The notes beneath the pieces were generated by a model. That model worked only from the letters and a program-made list of their open reading frames with translations. It did not search any database and was not told the origin of the DNA. Below are positions 37,474-48,583 of a DNA stretch of 64,000 nt, one piece after another (the stretch's first letter is position 1; every line of letters starts with the position of its first letter). Source of the DNA: Trichosphaerium sp. ATCC 40318 (Eukaryota > Protista > Tubulinea); assembly GCA_038496445.1 (NCBI GenBank), contig JALMLS010000585.1, positions 124,001 to 188,000 on the forward strand. The letters run 5' to 3'. The translations under genes were made by a program, and so were the position numbers.

Positions 37474-37987
37474 TACAAACCAGTTAATAGTAAAAGCACA
37501 TGTTCTTGACTTTACCTGGCGGACATTCCAGAAAGGTGACATTTGTTCCTGGAGCAAGAATGATAACAGGAGTAGGAATATTGCCTACATCAAGGTGAGA
37601 AAACTTGGTTAAAACAAAGGGTTTATGGCTTACCATCAACAGTGACATTGCCTTGAATTCGAATTGAAGGTAATGGTTCAGAATCAAAAGGAAAAGTCCA
37701 AACACCACGAACACATGTAGCTAAAGGTAATGATCCTGAACATGCACTTGTAGGAGGTTCAGTCGTAAACAAGCTGAAAGCTCACCTGCAAGGCAGTGCC
37801 ACCTTTTGTTTTGTAGATGTAATCTAAAGATATTCGCGATTAGCAGAAAAAGAAACTTGAATCTCACTTTTAGGAATTGACCTGGATTATCAACAAGTTA
37901 TTCAGTTCATTGTTACTCATAGCCTGAATAATTTCCATACCTCATATTTGATAAAATGGATGCTATTAGGTGTTACAATGTATTTGA

Positions 37988-38344
37988 TGTCATATACACG
38001 TCTCACGTGATGACTTAGATGACTTAAGCTTACATATTCATGGCTTATTCGTTCTTTTGCTCTTTCTTTATTTGCTAAATCTAGGTTCCTGCAAATTAAC
38101 TAATCGTTCACATATTTGCTTCGTGATGTTTCGTGTAGACTATGAAAACCATTATCGATGTCTATAGTCTATTGGGATGTTATTATCACGAAACTTGTTC
38201 ACGAAGTAACTCGAAGTCTATTCAAGATGTTTCACACGCCACGAGATACACTCACTTACTAGAAACGCTCATCTAAGACATTGTAATACGTTCATGTAAT
38301 AAACAGATTTAACTAATTACACAAGCGTTACAACATCTCTTACA
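37988..38344 (+). repeat. 5' LTR
   Basis: Direct repeat of 46964-47320 with two C/T differences. Confidence 0.97.
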
Positions 38345-38356
38345 TTGGCGACACGA
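38345..38356 (+). promoter_or_regulatory. Primer-binding site (TGGCGAC..., possibly complementary to a tRNA-Ser 3' end)
   Basis: TTGGCGACACG immediately follows the 5' LTR. The tRNA identity is inferred, not checked. Confidence 0.65.
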
Positions 38357-41300
38357 TCATTATTTTTATACCTTTGCATCTCCTCCCGAGACTTCCTGTT
38401 TACACAAACTACTCACGCACTTTGCTTGGTGTGGGAGAACCTATATGTCATAACCGTAGCTTTGCCAAAATACTTGTGGGCTGGTAGAAAACGCCCTCCA
38501 TAACAGCTACGTCATTACTGCTTTACGTTCATCGTCTCTTTTGAAGTTTCTCTTTATCACACATTCACATTATGTCAGGCGTTCCGATTTCCGAATTGGA
38601 AAAACAGATCAAAGCTTTGGAAGCTGAAGTTAAAGAAGCTAAACGCAGAGAATCACGTACCTTTGCTACAACTGCATACACAGTCCCTTCTTCACATGTT
38701 ACACCTCGATCAGCGGATAGACGACAACGTCTCCAGACTACAACTCTGAAAGCTCCTCCGATGCCGAACCTAACACAATAACCTGTCGTTAAGATACAAA
38801 ATGCAGCGCTCAAAAAGGCACGCGAAGAACTCGGCGAACCTGAAGAAGATGCCACAGAAGATGAGAAAAAAGAACACGAAGAAGCTTTGGGAAAGAAAAC
38901 TCGCATTTATTTCACAATACAATTCCAGAAGGTATTCAGGCAGAAACAACTGGAATTAATACAATCCGAGAACTTTGAAGCCGTTTCTACCGATTTGGAT
39001 GCTCTTGTGGTTCTCGAAGATGAATATGGTGGCGATAGCAATGGCACCGAGCCTGTGCCTACACAACCGGCATTTATTCCGATGATGTCGAACCTCGAGC
39101 AAGATTTCACTCCTTTTTCTGGCACGAAGAAAGAGAACGTTCATATCTGGATTCAGAACGTACATACTCGATGTTCCAAGTTATTTATGCACGATTCCAT
39201 GCGAGTGGCTTTCATCGAAGACCATCTTATCGATCACGCGAAAGAATGGTATCAAGGACACATTCGAGGCAAAGAGGTCACTGCAGATGAGCTCCTCAAC
39301 GCTTTGAAAGAATTTTACAGCAGCTCTGGCGATGCTAGAAAATTTCGACAAGAATTCAAGCACTTCTATCAAGGAAACCTTTCCGTTCGAGAATACGCCG
39401 CTTCTAAATCCGCTAAAGCTGCTTATGCTCACCTTCCTCTAGATGGTTACTCACAGATCGAGTCTTTCACAGATAACCTCCGAGAAGATATACAGACGCA
39501 ACTTTATTGTCACACTGGCTCTGAGTTCGAGACTTGGAACGAAGCTGTCAAAGCCGCTATCCGTATTGAAGAAGCTCTCGAGCGTATTGGGCGTAACAAA
39601 AAGCGCATACAAAAGTCCAGAGGATCTACAAACTCTACAAATTCATCAAAACCGGCGAAGAATACAAAAACTGGTTCTGGTTCTACAAATTCTCCTCCTC
39701 GAATTCCACGCGACAAATGTCTGGACAAAACCAAGTGTCCAGATCCCAACAATGCCTCCGTCAACAAATGGTGTGATAACCATGGCTTCTGGTGTGCTCA
39801 TTCAACAGATCAATGCAGAAAGAGCGCCAAACAAAACTCCATCTCAGTCATTCCAACCGACAAAGAAGTAGAAGCTGCCCTCACAGAGAAGATTGTCAAA
39901 CCACGACGTCCGATGGATTATGATATACAAGCTGGGATGTCTAGATTCGATACGCCTCTCAGTCCGTATCACCCTCCCAACTTTGACTTGAGATCCGAAG
40001 CCGTTATCACTGAGATAATGCCTCCTGGTCAGAATTATGTGGAGATTCGACTCAATGGAACTCCAATAACAGCTTTGGTAGACACTGGCGCAGATAGATC
40101 GGTCATTCTTGCGTGTGCTCTCAATCTCATCAACCAACCCTACTCGCTAGAAGAAGCAAATGTAACCGGTACAGTTGCTAGTGGCGGTAAGGTTGAATTC
40201 AAAAACAAAACCTCTGCCCTTCAACTTTCTTTGGCTCCAAACATTGTCGTGAACACTTCTTTCCTAGTTTCAGATGAACTCAGCGACATTTGTATTCTTG
40301 GCAACGATATCTTGGGTAAACACAACATCGGCATATTCCCTCAACGCGGTATTCTATTGGTCAACGATCATCACGAAGTCCCTCTCATCAAGAAACCATA
40401 TGTTTCTAAGAAGCTTCTCAAACAGTCTATTCTCCGTGCTGAAGATGATGTGGTGATTAGTCCTCAAGAGACGGTTGTGTTGGCTCTAAAAACTGATGTT
40501 TGCCAAGGGCTCATTGGAGTTGCAAACCTCTCTAAACGCCTCGCTCATGAAGGACTGGCTGGAGCTTGTGTTTTAAACACTATCGATAAACGGAGAGCTT
40601 ATTTGCAAGCCACCAACTTATCGAAATGCTCCATCTACCTTCAGGCAGGTCAAAGAGTTGGGCTCTTCAAACCTCTTCGTGCAACTACACAGATTAGTTG
40701 CCTTTCGACTCATATCGGTCAGGTCTATTCAGATGCGTTTATGGAACCTGCCACCTCCTCTTTCGTACGTTCAGTTGATCCTAGTGACCCAGCTGTTTCT
40801 GCTAGCGATGAATCAGTTGTTAGTGAAGATTCCGAAGAAGCGTCAGTTTCTGAAAGTTCTAAGCTTAACTCTATGAAATCAGGAACAGTTAACTCTGACG
40901 TACCTACTTCTTCTGGAACATCTAGAGCTGGAGATAGCGATTCCAGTCTTCGTGTAGCAACAGAAGAAGAAAGAAAACATATCTTGGAACTATTCGATCT
41001 TTCTGATAGCTCATTGACAGCTGAGCAACTCCAACGTGCAACCAATCTCCTCGCCGCCTATTCCGACAGATTCGAAGAAGAGATTCAAGCTCCACGTTCA
41101 ACAGAAGTCAAACTGAGGATCGACACAGGCGACTCTAAACCAAAGGGTCAGCCTCCAAGAAGATTTCCACCCAAATATCGCGAATTCATCGAAGAATTCA
41201 TCCAGTCTTACAAACAGCGAGGTTTGATAAGACCTTCCACCTCTCCATGGGCTGCACCTATCGTGGTAGTCCCTAAATCAAATGGTAAGCTGCGATTCTG

Positions 41301-41513
41301 TATCGATTACAGACAGCTTAATGGTGTTACGAAGCGTGATGTCTATCCTTTACCAAGAATCGATGATGCTTTGGATGCATTATCAGGTTCTACCCTTTTC
41401 TCGACAATGGACGCTACGTCAGGATTCCATCAACTGGAGATGGATCAGGAATCAATCGAGAAAACTGCATTCATAGATCAAACTGGTCTCTATGAATGGC
41501 TAGTCATGCCGTT

Positions 41514-42095
41514 ATTGTAGGTAAAAGAGTGGCTCTTTGTACCTATTATATAAAATCAAAAACCAAACAACCAAAAAACCAATTAACCCAGCATTGTGTG
41601 ATCACAAGGTCAGTGTAATACAGTGTGTAATCACAGATGCCAACCTTGATACCAAATCAAGGTTGCCTAGGCTAGGTTTTACATTCTATAAACAAGCTGT
41701 GTGGTATTTGAATATAATGGTTGATCATACCTATTAAAATGGTTGTTTTTACCTATTAAAACGGTTGTTCTTACCTATTATTGAATCAATACAGACACAA
41801 CAACCGAAAACACAAGCCCAACAAAGAGCCATCACACATAAAGACAACACAGTGTACCATCACAGACGGACAACCTTGATACCAGATCAAGGTTGACCTA
41901 GGCTAGGTGCAACAAAACAAAGCAATCAAAAAAAAAAAACCAAAGTCAACAAGTAGTAAATGATTAACAGTGGTGCAACAAATGGTTGCTGGTCCCTATC
42001 CTGATTGACAGAAAAGAACTCAAACTTCAAGTGCAAACGGTATAAGCAACCGTGGTTCGTGTAGCCCATGTCCTGACACCATCATCCACAACTCT
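41514..42095. mobile_element. 582-bp TIR-less insertion in RT with a 3-bp GTT duplication and internal hairpins; class unknown
   Basis: Splits ATG CCG TTT GGA (MPFG); GTT at 41511-41513 and 42096-42098. Confidence 0.85.
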
Positions 42096-42477
42096 GTTTG
42101 GACTCACTAACGCTCCTCCTACTTGGCAGAGATACATGAACTTGGTTCTAGCTGGTCTCACGTGGAAGCTGTGTCTGGTCTACATGGATGATGTTATCGT
42201 ACCTTCTGTAACCTTTGAGGAACATCTTGTCCGCCTTGAAGCGGTATTAAAACGATTTAGATATTATAACATTACACTTAAACCCTCCAAATGCCACTTC
42301 TTCAAAACTTCGGTCGATTATTTAGGTTACGTGGTCTCTCAACATGGAATTGTGCCAAATCCAGCTAAGATAGAGTCAGTCCTCAACACCAAAGCACCTA
42401 AAGAACCACGTGACATTCAACAGTTTCTTGGGCTAGTCAACTACTATGCACAGTTCGTTCCAAAACTTGCTTCTAAA

Positions 42478-43537
42478 CAGGTCTAAAAAAATATACCAGT
42501 TTTTTTGGTATATACCACTTTTATACCACTTTTTTATACCAGTTTTTCATGGTATATACCAAAAAAAGTGGTATATTTTGACCGAAATATACCAAAAAAA
42601 GTGGTATATTGACCAAATATACCAACAATATACCAAAAAAAACAGGTATAAAAACAGAAAATATACCACTTTTTTTCACCAAAAAAAAAAAAATATACCA
42701 CTTTTTTATACCACTTTTTTTAGGTATATACCAGTTATATACCACTTTTTTATACCAGTTTTTCATGGTATATACCACTCTTATATACCACTTTATGTCT
42801 ACTTATGGTACACCTGCAATTCCAGAAAATACACTTTATTTAATACACAGTTTGTGAGTTACAAGTTTTGAACAATGTCCACTACAGTTACATTACTATG
42901 GGCGTCTGGAAAATTTGTCCATCTCCATGAGCTTGCTGTACCTACTGTAAAAACATGCTGCGCACCTAATGAAAGTGGTTTCACCTGAATCTATCAATTA
43001 CTAAGGCCTACGGAGGTCGGTTAATGTATATCAAACGAAAATAAAATAACACTTTGTCTGGTACCCACGAACGTCTGTATAATACCTGCAATATAGTTTC
43101 CTTAATGTTGGTACTGGAATCAGGTCCTGCGGTTCGAATGAGCTTGGTTTGGTTAGATTCTATGATATACTAAGGTCCCTACGCACCGTTCAATGTATGA
43201 CGTCTATGATCGTTCAACAAGAAAACCCATTACCAAAAAGCTCCTTAATGACCTTCTTGAAGCATACCATAAAAGTGGTATATACCAATAAAAAGGTGGT
43301 ATATACCACATACCATAAAAAAGTGGTATATACCACTTTATATACCATTTTTAGAAGGTCTCATTATGTGAATGAAAAGTGGTATATACCACTTCCATAT
43401 ACCACTTTTTTATTCACTTAATTTCTAAAAAAAGTGGTATATCAAAATGGTATATACCAGTTTATATACCATTTTGTTGAAAAAAGTGGTATATACCATA
43501 AAAAAACTGGTATATACCACTTTAATTTTTAGACCTG
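42478..43537. mobile_element. 1060-bp non-autonomous element (CAGGTCTAAAAA TIR, TATACCA subterminal arrays, AA TSD), related to the giant element
   Basis: Termini CAGGTCTAAAAA / TTTTTAGACCTG; AA duplicated at 42476-42477 and 43538-43539; splits PKLASK|AAPLR. Confidence 0.93.
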
Positions 43538-44286
43538 AAGCAGCACCTCTTAGAGCTTTACTTAAGAAAGGTGTCGAATGGCAATGGCTTGACAGAGAGA
43601 TTACAGCGTTTCAATCTATCAAACAAGCTCTCACCACAACTCCTTGTCTGGCATATCCAGACTTCTCTAAACCCTTTGAACTACACACCGATGCATCAGA
43701 TTATGGTATTGGCGCTGCGTTAGTTCAAAAAAGCGAGGATGGCACAGAGAAAGTTATCAGTTATTATAGCAGATCTCTCAATCAGGCTGAACAAAACTAC
43801 AGCACTACAATGAAAGAGGTATTGGCTATCGTGGCAGCAGTTCGAAAATTCAGAGTTTATTTGCTGTCTCAACACTTCAACGTCTACTCAGACCACTCAG
43901 CGTTACAGTGGTTCTATAGACACAAAAATCCTGATTCCAAGATGGTTCGTTGGTCGATCTTCTTATCCCAGTACAACTATACAGTCAAACATAGACCTGG
44001 TACAAAGAACTCTGATGCTGACGCTCTATCAAGATCACCCATTGTTCAAAAACCTGGCACAGCGATCTATACAGCTAGAATTCGCTCTTTCAAGATGCCA
44101 GATAAACCTATGCTAAAAACTTATTATGCTCAAAGACAAGACCCAGATCTACGCTTGTTAATAGAATATATGCATTCTCCAAAAGCGTTTATTGGATATG
44201 ATAAGTACAACAGGCTTAAAAAGCAGTCTGTTAACCTCTTTCTGGATGAACATGGCATTCTCAGACGTCGATGGTGCCCATCTAAA

Positions 44287-45323
44287 CAGGGCTGAAACTC
44301 AACAAGGCATTTTTGGACAATGCCTAGGCATTTTCATCAAATAATGCCTTATTTTTTACAAAAATGCCTAGTTTTTGCCTCATTCAAAAAAGCAAATACA
44401 GGGCAATGCCTTATTTTTTGCTCCAAAAATGCCTTATATTTGATGAAAAATGCTTGCATCTGGTACACAAGATTGCAATGGTTTTGCCTGCATATTTTAA
44501 GGAATTATGCCTTCAAATTAGGGCATAACTCATGCATCAATGCCTTATTTTGAAGGCAAAAAGAAAGCATTGTCATAGTCTACAGTGCCTAATAAACCAG
44601 GGCATTTTCAGGTAATAACACAACTATTTATTTTATAATACAGTACACATACAATACACAAAACTCCTAAGTCCACATTTGAAAAAACCTTAAAGAAAAT
44701 ATGAGATGGTGTAGAAAAAAAAAAAAAAAAAACTTACCTTGTAGTGTTAGAATTCCGCGGTCCTGGAAATATCGCGGAGTTCACTCCTACTACTGTTGTA
44801 GGTGAAATAGGGTGCTGCGGTTCGTTTGGCGGTGGTTTCGTCTAATTTCATGAATTACTAAGAGCGCTAGATGCCTATCTATATAAAACGTCAGTAGGTG
44901 ATGTGAAAAAAAAAGTGTAAAAGTTGTTTGACTGTTACTTACCTTAAACCACTTCCTTAATGTGATCAGTCCTATGATATAGTATAGGCAATGCCTTATA
45001 TATGAATTAAAATACAAGGCATATATTGCTTAAAAAAATAAGGCATAATAAAGGCATAAAGTACTTGCAATACAGGGCATTACTTGATTTTATGCAATGC
45101 CAAAAAATGCAATACAAGGCATTACCTGATTTTATGCAATGCCAAAAGATGCCCAAAAATGCCTGGTATTAATGCCTTTTTGATGAAGGCATTGCCTTTT
45201 TGTAAAAATGCCTTATTTTATTGGGCATTGCCAAATGCAAATGCCTTGATTTTGCCATCTAATGCCAAATGTTAGGAATATGCATCATTTTTTAAGGCAA
45301 TGCCTAGCTGAGTTTCAGCCCTG
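44287..45323. mobile_element. 1037-bp non-autonomous element (CAGGGCTGAAACTCA TIR, AATGCC subterminal arrays, AA TSD)
   Basis: Perfect 15-bp TIR; AA duplicated at 44285-44286 and 45324-45325; splits WCPSK|AQLAD. Confidence 0.93.
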
Positions 45324-46951
45324 AAGCGCAATTAGCTGATACTGCAGAACGAGTTCAGTTAGTTGTGCCACATTCCTTAAGGCACGATATCCTTTCTTCC
45401 ATGCATGATGATACCCTCTCAGGACACCTAGGTATTGATAAGACATACTTGCGTGTTTTACAGAAGTATTGGTGGCCAGGTGTCAAGCGTGATGTTATGT
45501 ATTGGATCAAATCTTGCAACCTTTGTCAAACTGGCAAAGTCAAACGTCAAGCTCGTGCTGGTGCTCCAATGGGAACGGTTACCTCTTCGTACCCTTTCCA
45601 AGTAATTGCTGCTGATCTTATTACAGCATTACCAGAGACGAAACTAGGTAACAAAAACATCTTGTGTGTTGTTGACTATTTCACTCGATTCGCTATCATG
45701 GTACCAGTACCAGATAAGAAATCTTCCACTATTGCACGTGTTTTATTCGAGCGTGTTATATCACAATATGGTGCTCCTGAAGTCTTTCTCTCTGATCAAG
45801 GTGGGGAGTTTGTCAAGCACGTACAGGAACTTATGGATATGATTAACATGGACAAACGACGAACATCTGCATATCACCCTCAATGTGATGGATTGGTAGA
45901 ACGATTTAATTCTACCTTAATACAAACAGTTAAGATGTACTGCAATGAAGATCAAAATGATTGGGATGATTACTTGCCTGCGGCTACATTTGCATACAAC
46001 ACAGCAGTACATGCAGAGCTGAAAGAAACGCCTTTTTATTTGCTACATGGGTTTCGTGCTGTTCAACCTATAGATCAAGCACTTGGAGTGCTGCCTGTTT
46101 CTAAAATCCATAGCCAGTACTTAAAAAAGGTGGCCAAGACACTCAAGGTCGCTAGACACAACGCAGAAGAGGCTAGGAAGATCGCTCATGAAAAACAGGC
46201 TAAAAGATACAACGCAAAACGTAAATCTACATCTTTTGCGGTTGGTGATCAAGTTATCAAGTATCGTGATAAGCCGTTTGATTACGGACAACCTGACAAG
46301 CTATCTTTTGCATATGAAGGTCCTTATACAATTGCTCGAGTCCTAAGTCCTATTACTTATATGCTTACTGATTGGAATGGTGATTTATTGGAGTCTGCGT
46401 ATCATGTTACGAAGCTATTGCCTTATCATGATCCAGCTAAGAGATTGTATTCGTCAGAAGATATATTGGATGATGTAGAAGAAGATATTCAAGTAGACGA
46501 TGTGGATCCTGTATCAAATATTTCTTCCAACGCCCAGTCAGTTTCTGATGAAGATTCTAACTCTTCAGTTCTTACTTCTCAACCTCAGGCAGATCTTTCT
46601 TTTATTCCTGCCTTCCCTATTGCTTCTCGGTCGCGTCACACTCGTAGCCGTACAAAAAATGCTGGCTCTGCATTCAAATTGGCACTTCACGATATGCTGG
46701 CTGAAGTGTTAAAAAGAGATTCTGAAAAAAGGTTTAGTCAACAAGTTTTTCTTCATTATCACAGTTCACTTATGGATTTATTAACATCATCGCATTCACC
46801 TTTTGTTACTAGTTTCCATAGAAAAGAGCATTTCCATGCTCAATTACAAAACGTTACTAAGGCTCCTGATTTTATTCAATTCTTGCGGGTATTGGTGGAT
46901 CATTTCAAAGATGTCTTTAAATACGAGCTCAAATAGATGTTATCTCGCTCT

Positions 46952-46963
46952 GGTGTGGGAGAA
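46952..46963 (+). promoter_or_regulatory. Polypurine-tract-like sequence
   Basis: GGTGTGGGAGAA lies immediately before the 3' LTR. Confidence 0.65.
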
Positions 46964-47320
46964 TGTCATATACACGTCTCACGTGATGACTTAGATGACT
47001 TAAGCTTACATATTCATGGCTTATTCGTTCTTTTGCTCTTTCCTTATTTGCTAAATCTAGGTTCCTGCAAATTAACTAATCGTTCACATATTTGCTCCGT
47101 GATGTTTCGTGTAGACTATGAAAACCATTATCGATGTCTATAGTCTATTGGGATGTTATTATCACGAAACTTGTTCACGAAGTAACTCGAAGTCTATTCA
47201 AGATGTTTCACACGCCACGAGATACACTCACTTACTAGAAACGCTCATCTAAGACATTGTAATACGTTCATGTAATAAACAGATTTAACTAATTACACAA
47301 GCGTTACAACATCTCTTACA
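46964..47320 (+). repeat. 3' LTR
   Basis: Direct repeat of 37988-38344. Confidence 0.97.
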
Positions 47321-47550
47321 TTTGATGCTTATTACAATGTACTGAATGCTCATAGTGATGAGCAAAATATCAGCAAAAAAATGAGACTATCAATAATCTT
47401 TTGTCGATAATACGGGTCAATTCCGCTTAAGCGACTTTCTCGTTTTTACTAGCGTCAACTGTATTAAACAGAGCATTGCAAAAGTGATAGATCTGCATTT
47501 AACACAGAGAAAGCGACCCAAACCAAACAACGCTACCCAAAAACGCACAA

Positions 47551-48583
47551 ATGACGTTAAATCAACAGGTACGAGTGCGTTACTTCAAATACGATTAAAA
47601 ATACTAACTCCATGAGATATAGGTGGCAAACACGGCATGTCGGTTCCTTTTAGATCTTCCAGTGGAGATACAGCTAGATATCATGGATTTAGACCACACA
47701 GTGTACAAATTATGGCCATTACTTTCAAAACACACAGCGACAACAACAAGGTTTGATTTAGAGTTAAACAGACACGGGAAATGGATACAAAAGGATCCAT
47801 CTTCAGGACGTACTCAAGAGCTTCATTTGAAGCATGGAAAGCGTGATGGAAGGTATCAAGAGTGGTATGCTAGTGGTAAATTACGAGTACAGTGCAATTA
47901 CGTTGATGATAAAAAGGATGGAGATTACATGGTGTGGCATTTCAATTCACAGATGTCTGAGAAGCGTCATTACATAAACGGCAAGTTGAATGGAGAATAC
48001 AAGAGGTTTCACACGAATGGTCAAGTGTATGAGCTTAAACACTATGTTGATGGTAGAGTGTAAAGAATGGCATGACAAGAGATGGTATCCAGAAGGTAAA
48101 TTGAAGTTACACAGTCATTACGTCAACGACAAAGCACATGGAGAGTTTAAAGCATTTCACAAGTGTGGTAAATTAGCTGTTCAGTGCGAATATGTCAATG
48201 ACAAGCGAGAAGGAGAGTTCAAGAGGTGGTATTCGAATGGTCAATTACAAGAGGTGCTTCATTTTGTTAATGATAAGTTTGAAGGACAGTCCAAGACATG
48301 GTATGAAACAGGAGAACTATTGCAAAAGAGCTGTTATGTACACGGTGTATCAGATGGAATGTCGCAGAGTTGGCATAGAAATGGTCAAGTCAAGGATAAG
48401 TATCATTACATAAGTGGTAAGCCGGAAGGAGAGTATACAAGGTGGCATGATAATGGTATCATGCACAGGCTTTATCATTTTGTCAATGGTCGTCCGGAAG
48501 GGGAACACAAAGAATGGAGTAGAAATGGAGAATTGAAGGAGCACTACAAATACGTAAATGACGTAAAACACAAGATTTTTTAG
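47551..48583 (+). pseudogene. F-box-like plus MORN-variant (YwqK-type) repeat protein with a frameshift at ~48060
   Basis: Short exon MTLNQQ plus an intron, then FLLDLPVEIQLDI, followed by ~24-aa repeats G.Y..WH.NG.L.....Y.NG in two overlapping frames. Confidence 0.75.

Larger units (their letters stand above)
19442..37714 (-). pseudogene. Host gene of unknown function whose intron is split by the 17.7-kb transposon
   Basis: An exon ending ...TFLECPP has a GT donor at 37515, and an AG acceptor lies at 19722-19723. Removing the element restores a 67-nt intron and the frame PP-D-ITIQLESFATITLPPG. A downstream in-frame stop (FSMLV*) suggests decay or an unmodelled intron. Confidence 0.5.
38572..46936 (+). 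pseudogene. Single-frame gag-pol: Gag with CHHC knuckle, aspartic protease, dUTPase-like segment, RT, RNase H, integrase; one premature stop and three insertions
   Basis: In-frame TAA at 38779-38781; WCDNH...HSTDQC; LVDTGAD; RFCIDYR; YMDD; TDASDYGIGA; H..SGH...C..C and SDQGGEF/GLVERFN. The frame is restored exactly when the three inserts and their duplications are removed. Confidence 0.95.
37988..47320 (+). mobile_element. Ty3/Gypsy (Metaviridae) LTR retrotransposon, young, disrupted by three nested insertions
   Basis: 357-bp TG...CA LTRs, 5-bp TSD TTTGA (37983-37987, 47321-47325), primer-binding site, polypurine tract, and gag-PR-RT-RH-INT domain order. Confidence 0.97.

Noticed and set aside
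38779-38781. Programmed stop-codon readthrough in gag
   Set aside because: The TAA lies at codon 70, far from the gag-pol boundary. A simple nonsense mutation is more likely.
41514-42095. Self-splicing group I/II intron in RT
   Set aside because: No boundary choice gives a U|...G group I junction or GUGYG...AY group II ends while restoring MPFG.
42478-43537. Introner (spliceable transposon) hypothesis, since the element starts CAG|GT and ends TTTTAG|ACCTG
   Set aside because: Splicing from the GT at 42481 to any nearby AG changes length by +10, +2, -1, -11 or -13 nt, so none restores the pol frame. The sister element has no GT at that position.
41514-43539. Insertions 1 and 2 plus their duplications are multiples of 3 (585 and 1062 bp)
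   Set aside because: Both contain in-frame stop codons and insertion 3 shifts the frame, so this is consistent with chance.
44287-45323. hAT assignment based on CAGGG termini
   Set aside because: The flanks show a 2-bp duplication, not the 8-bp TSD of hAT elements.
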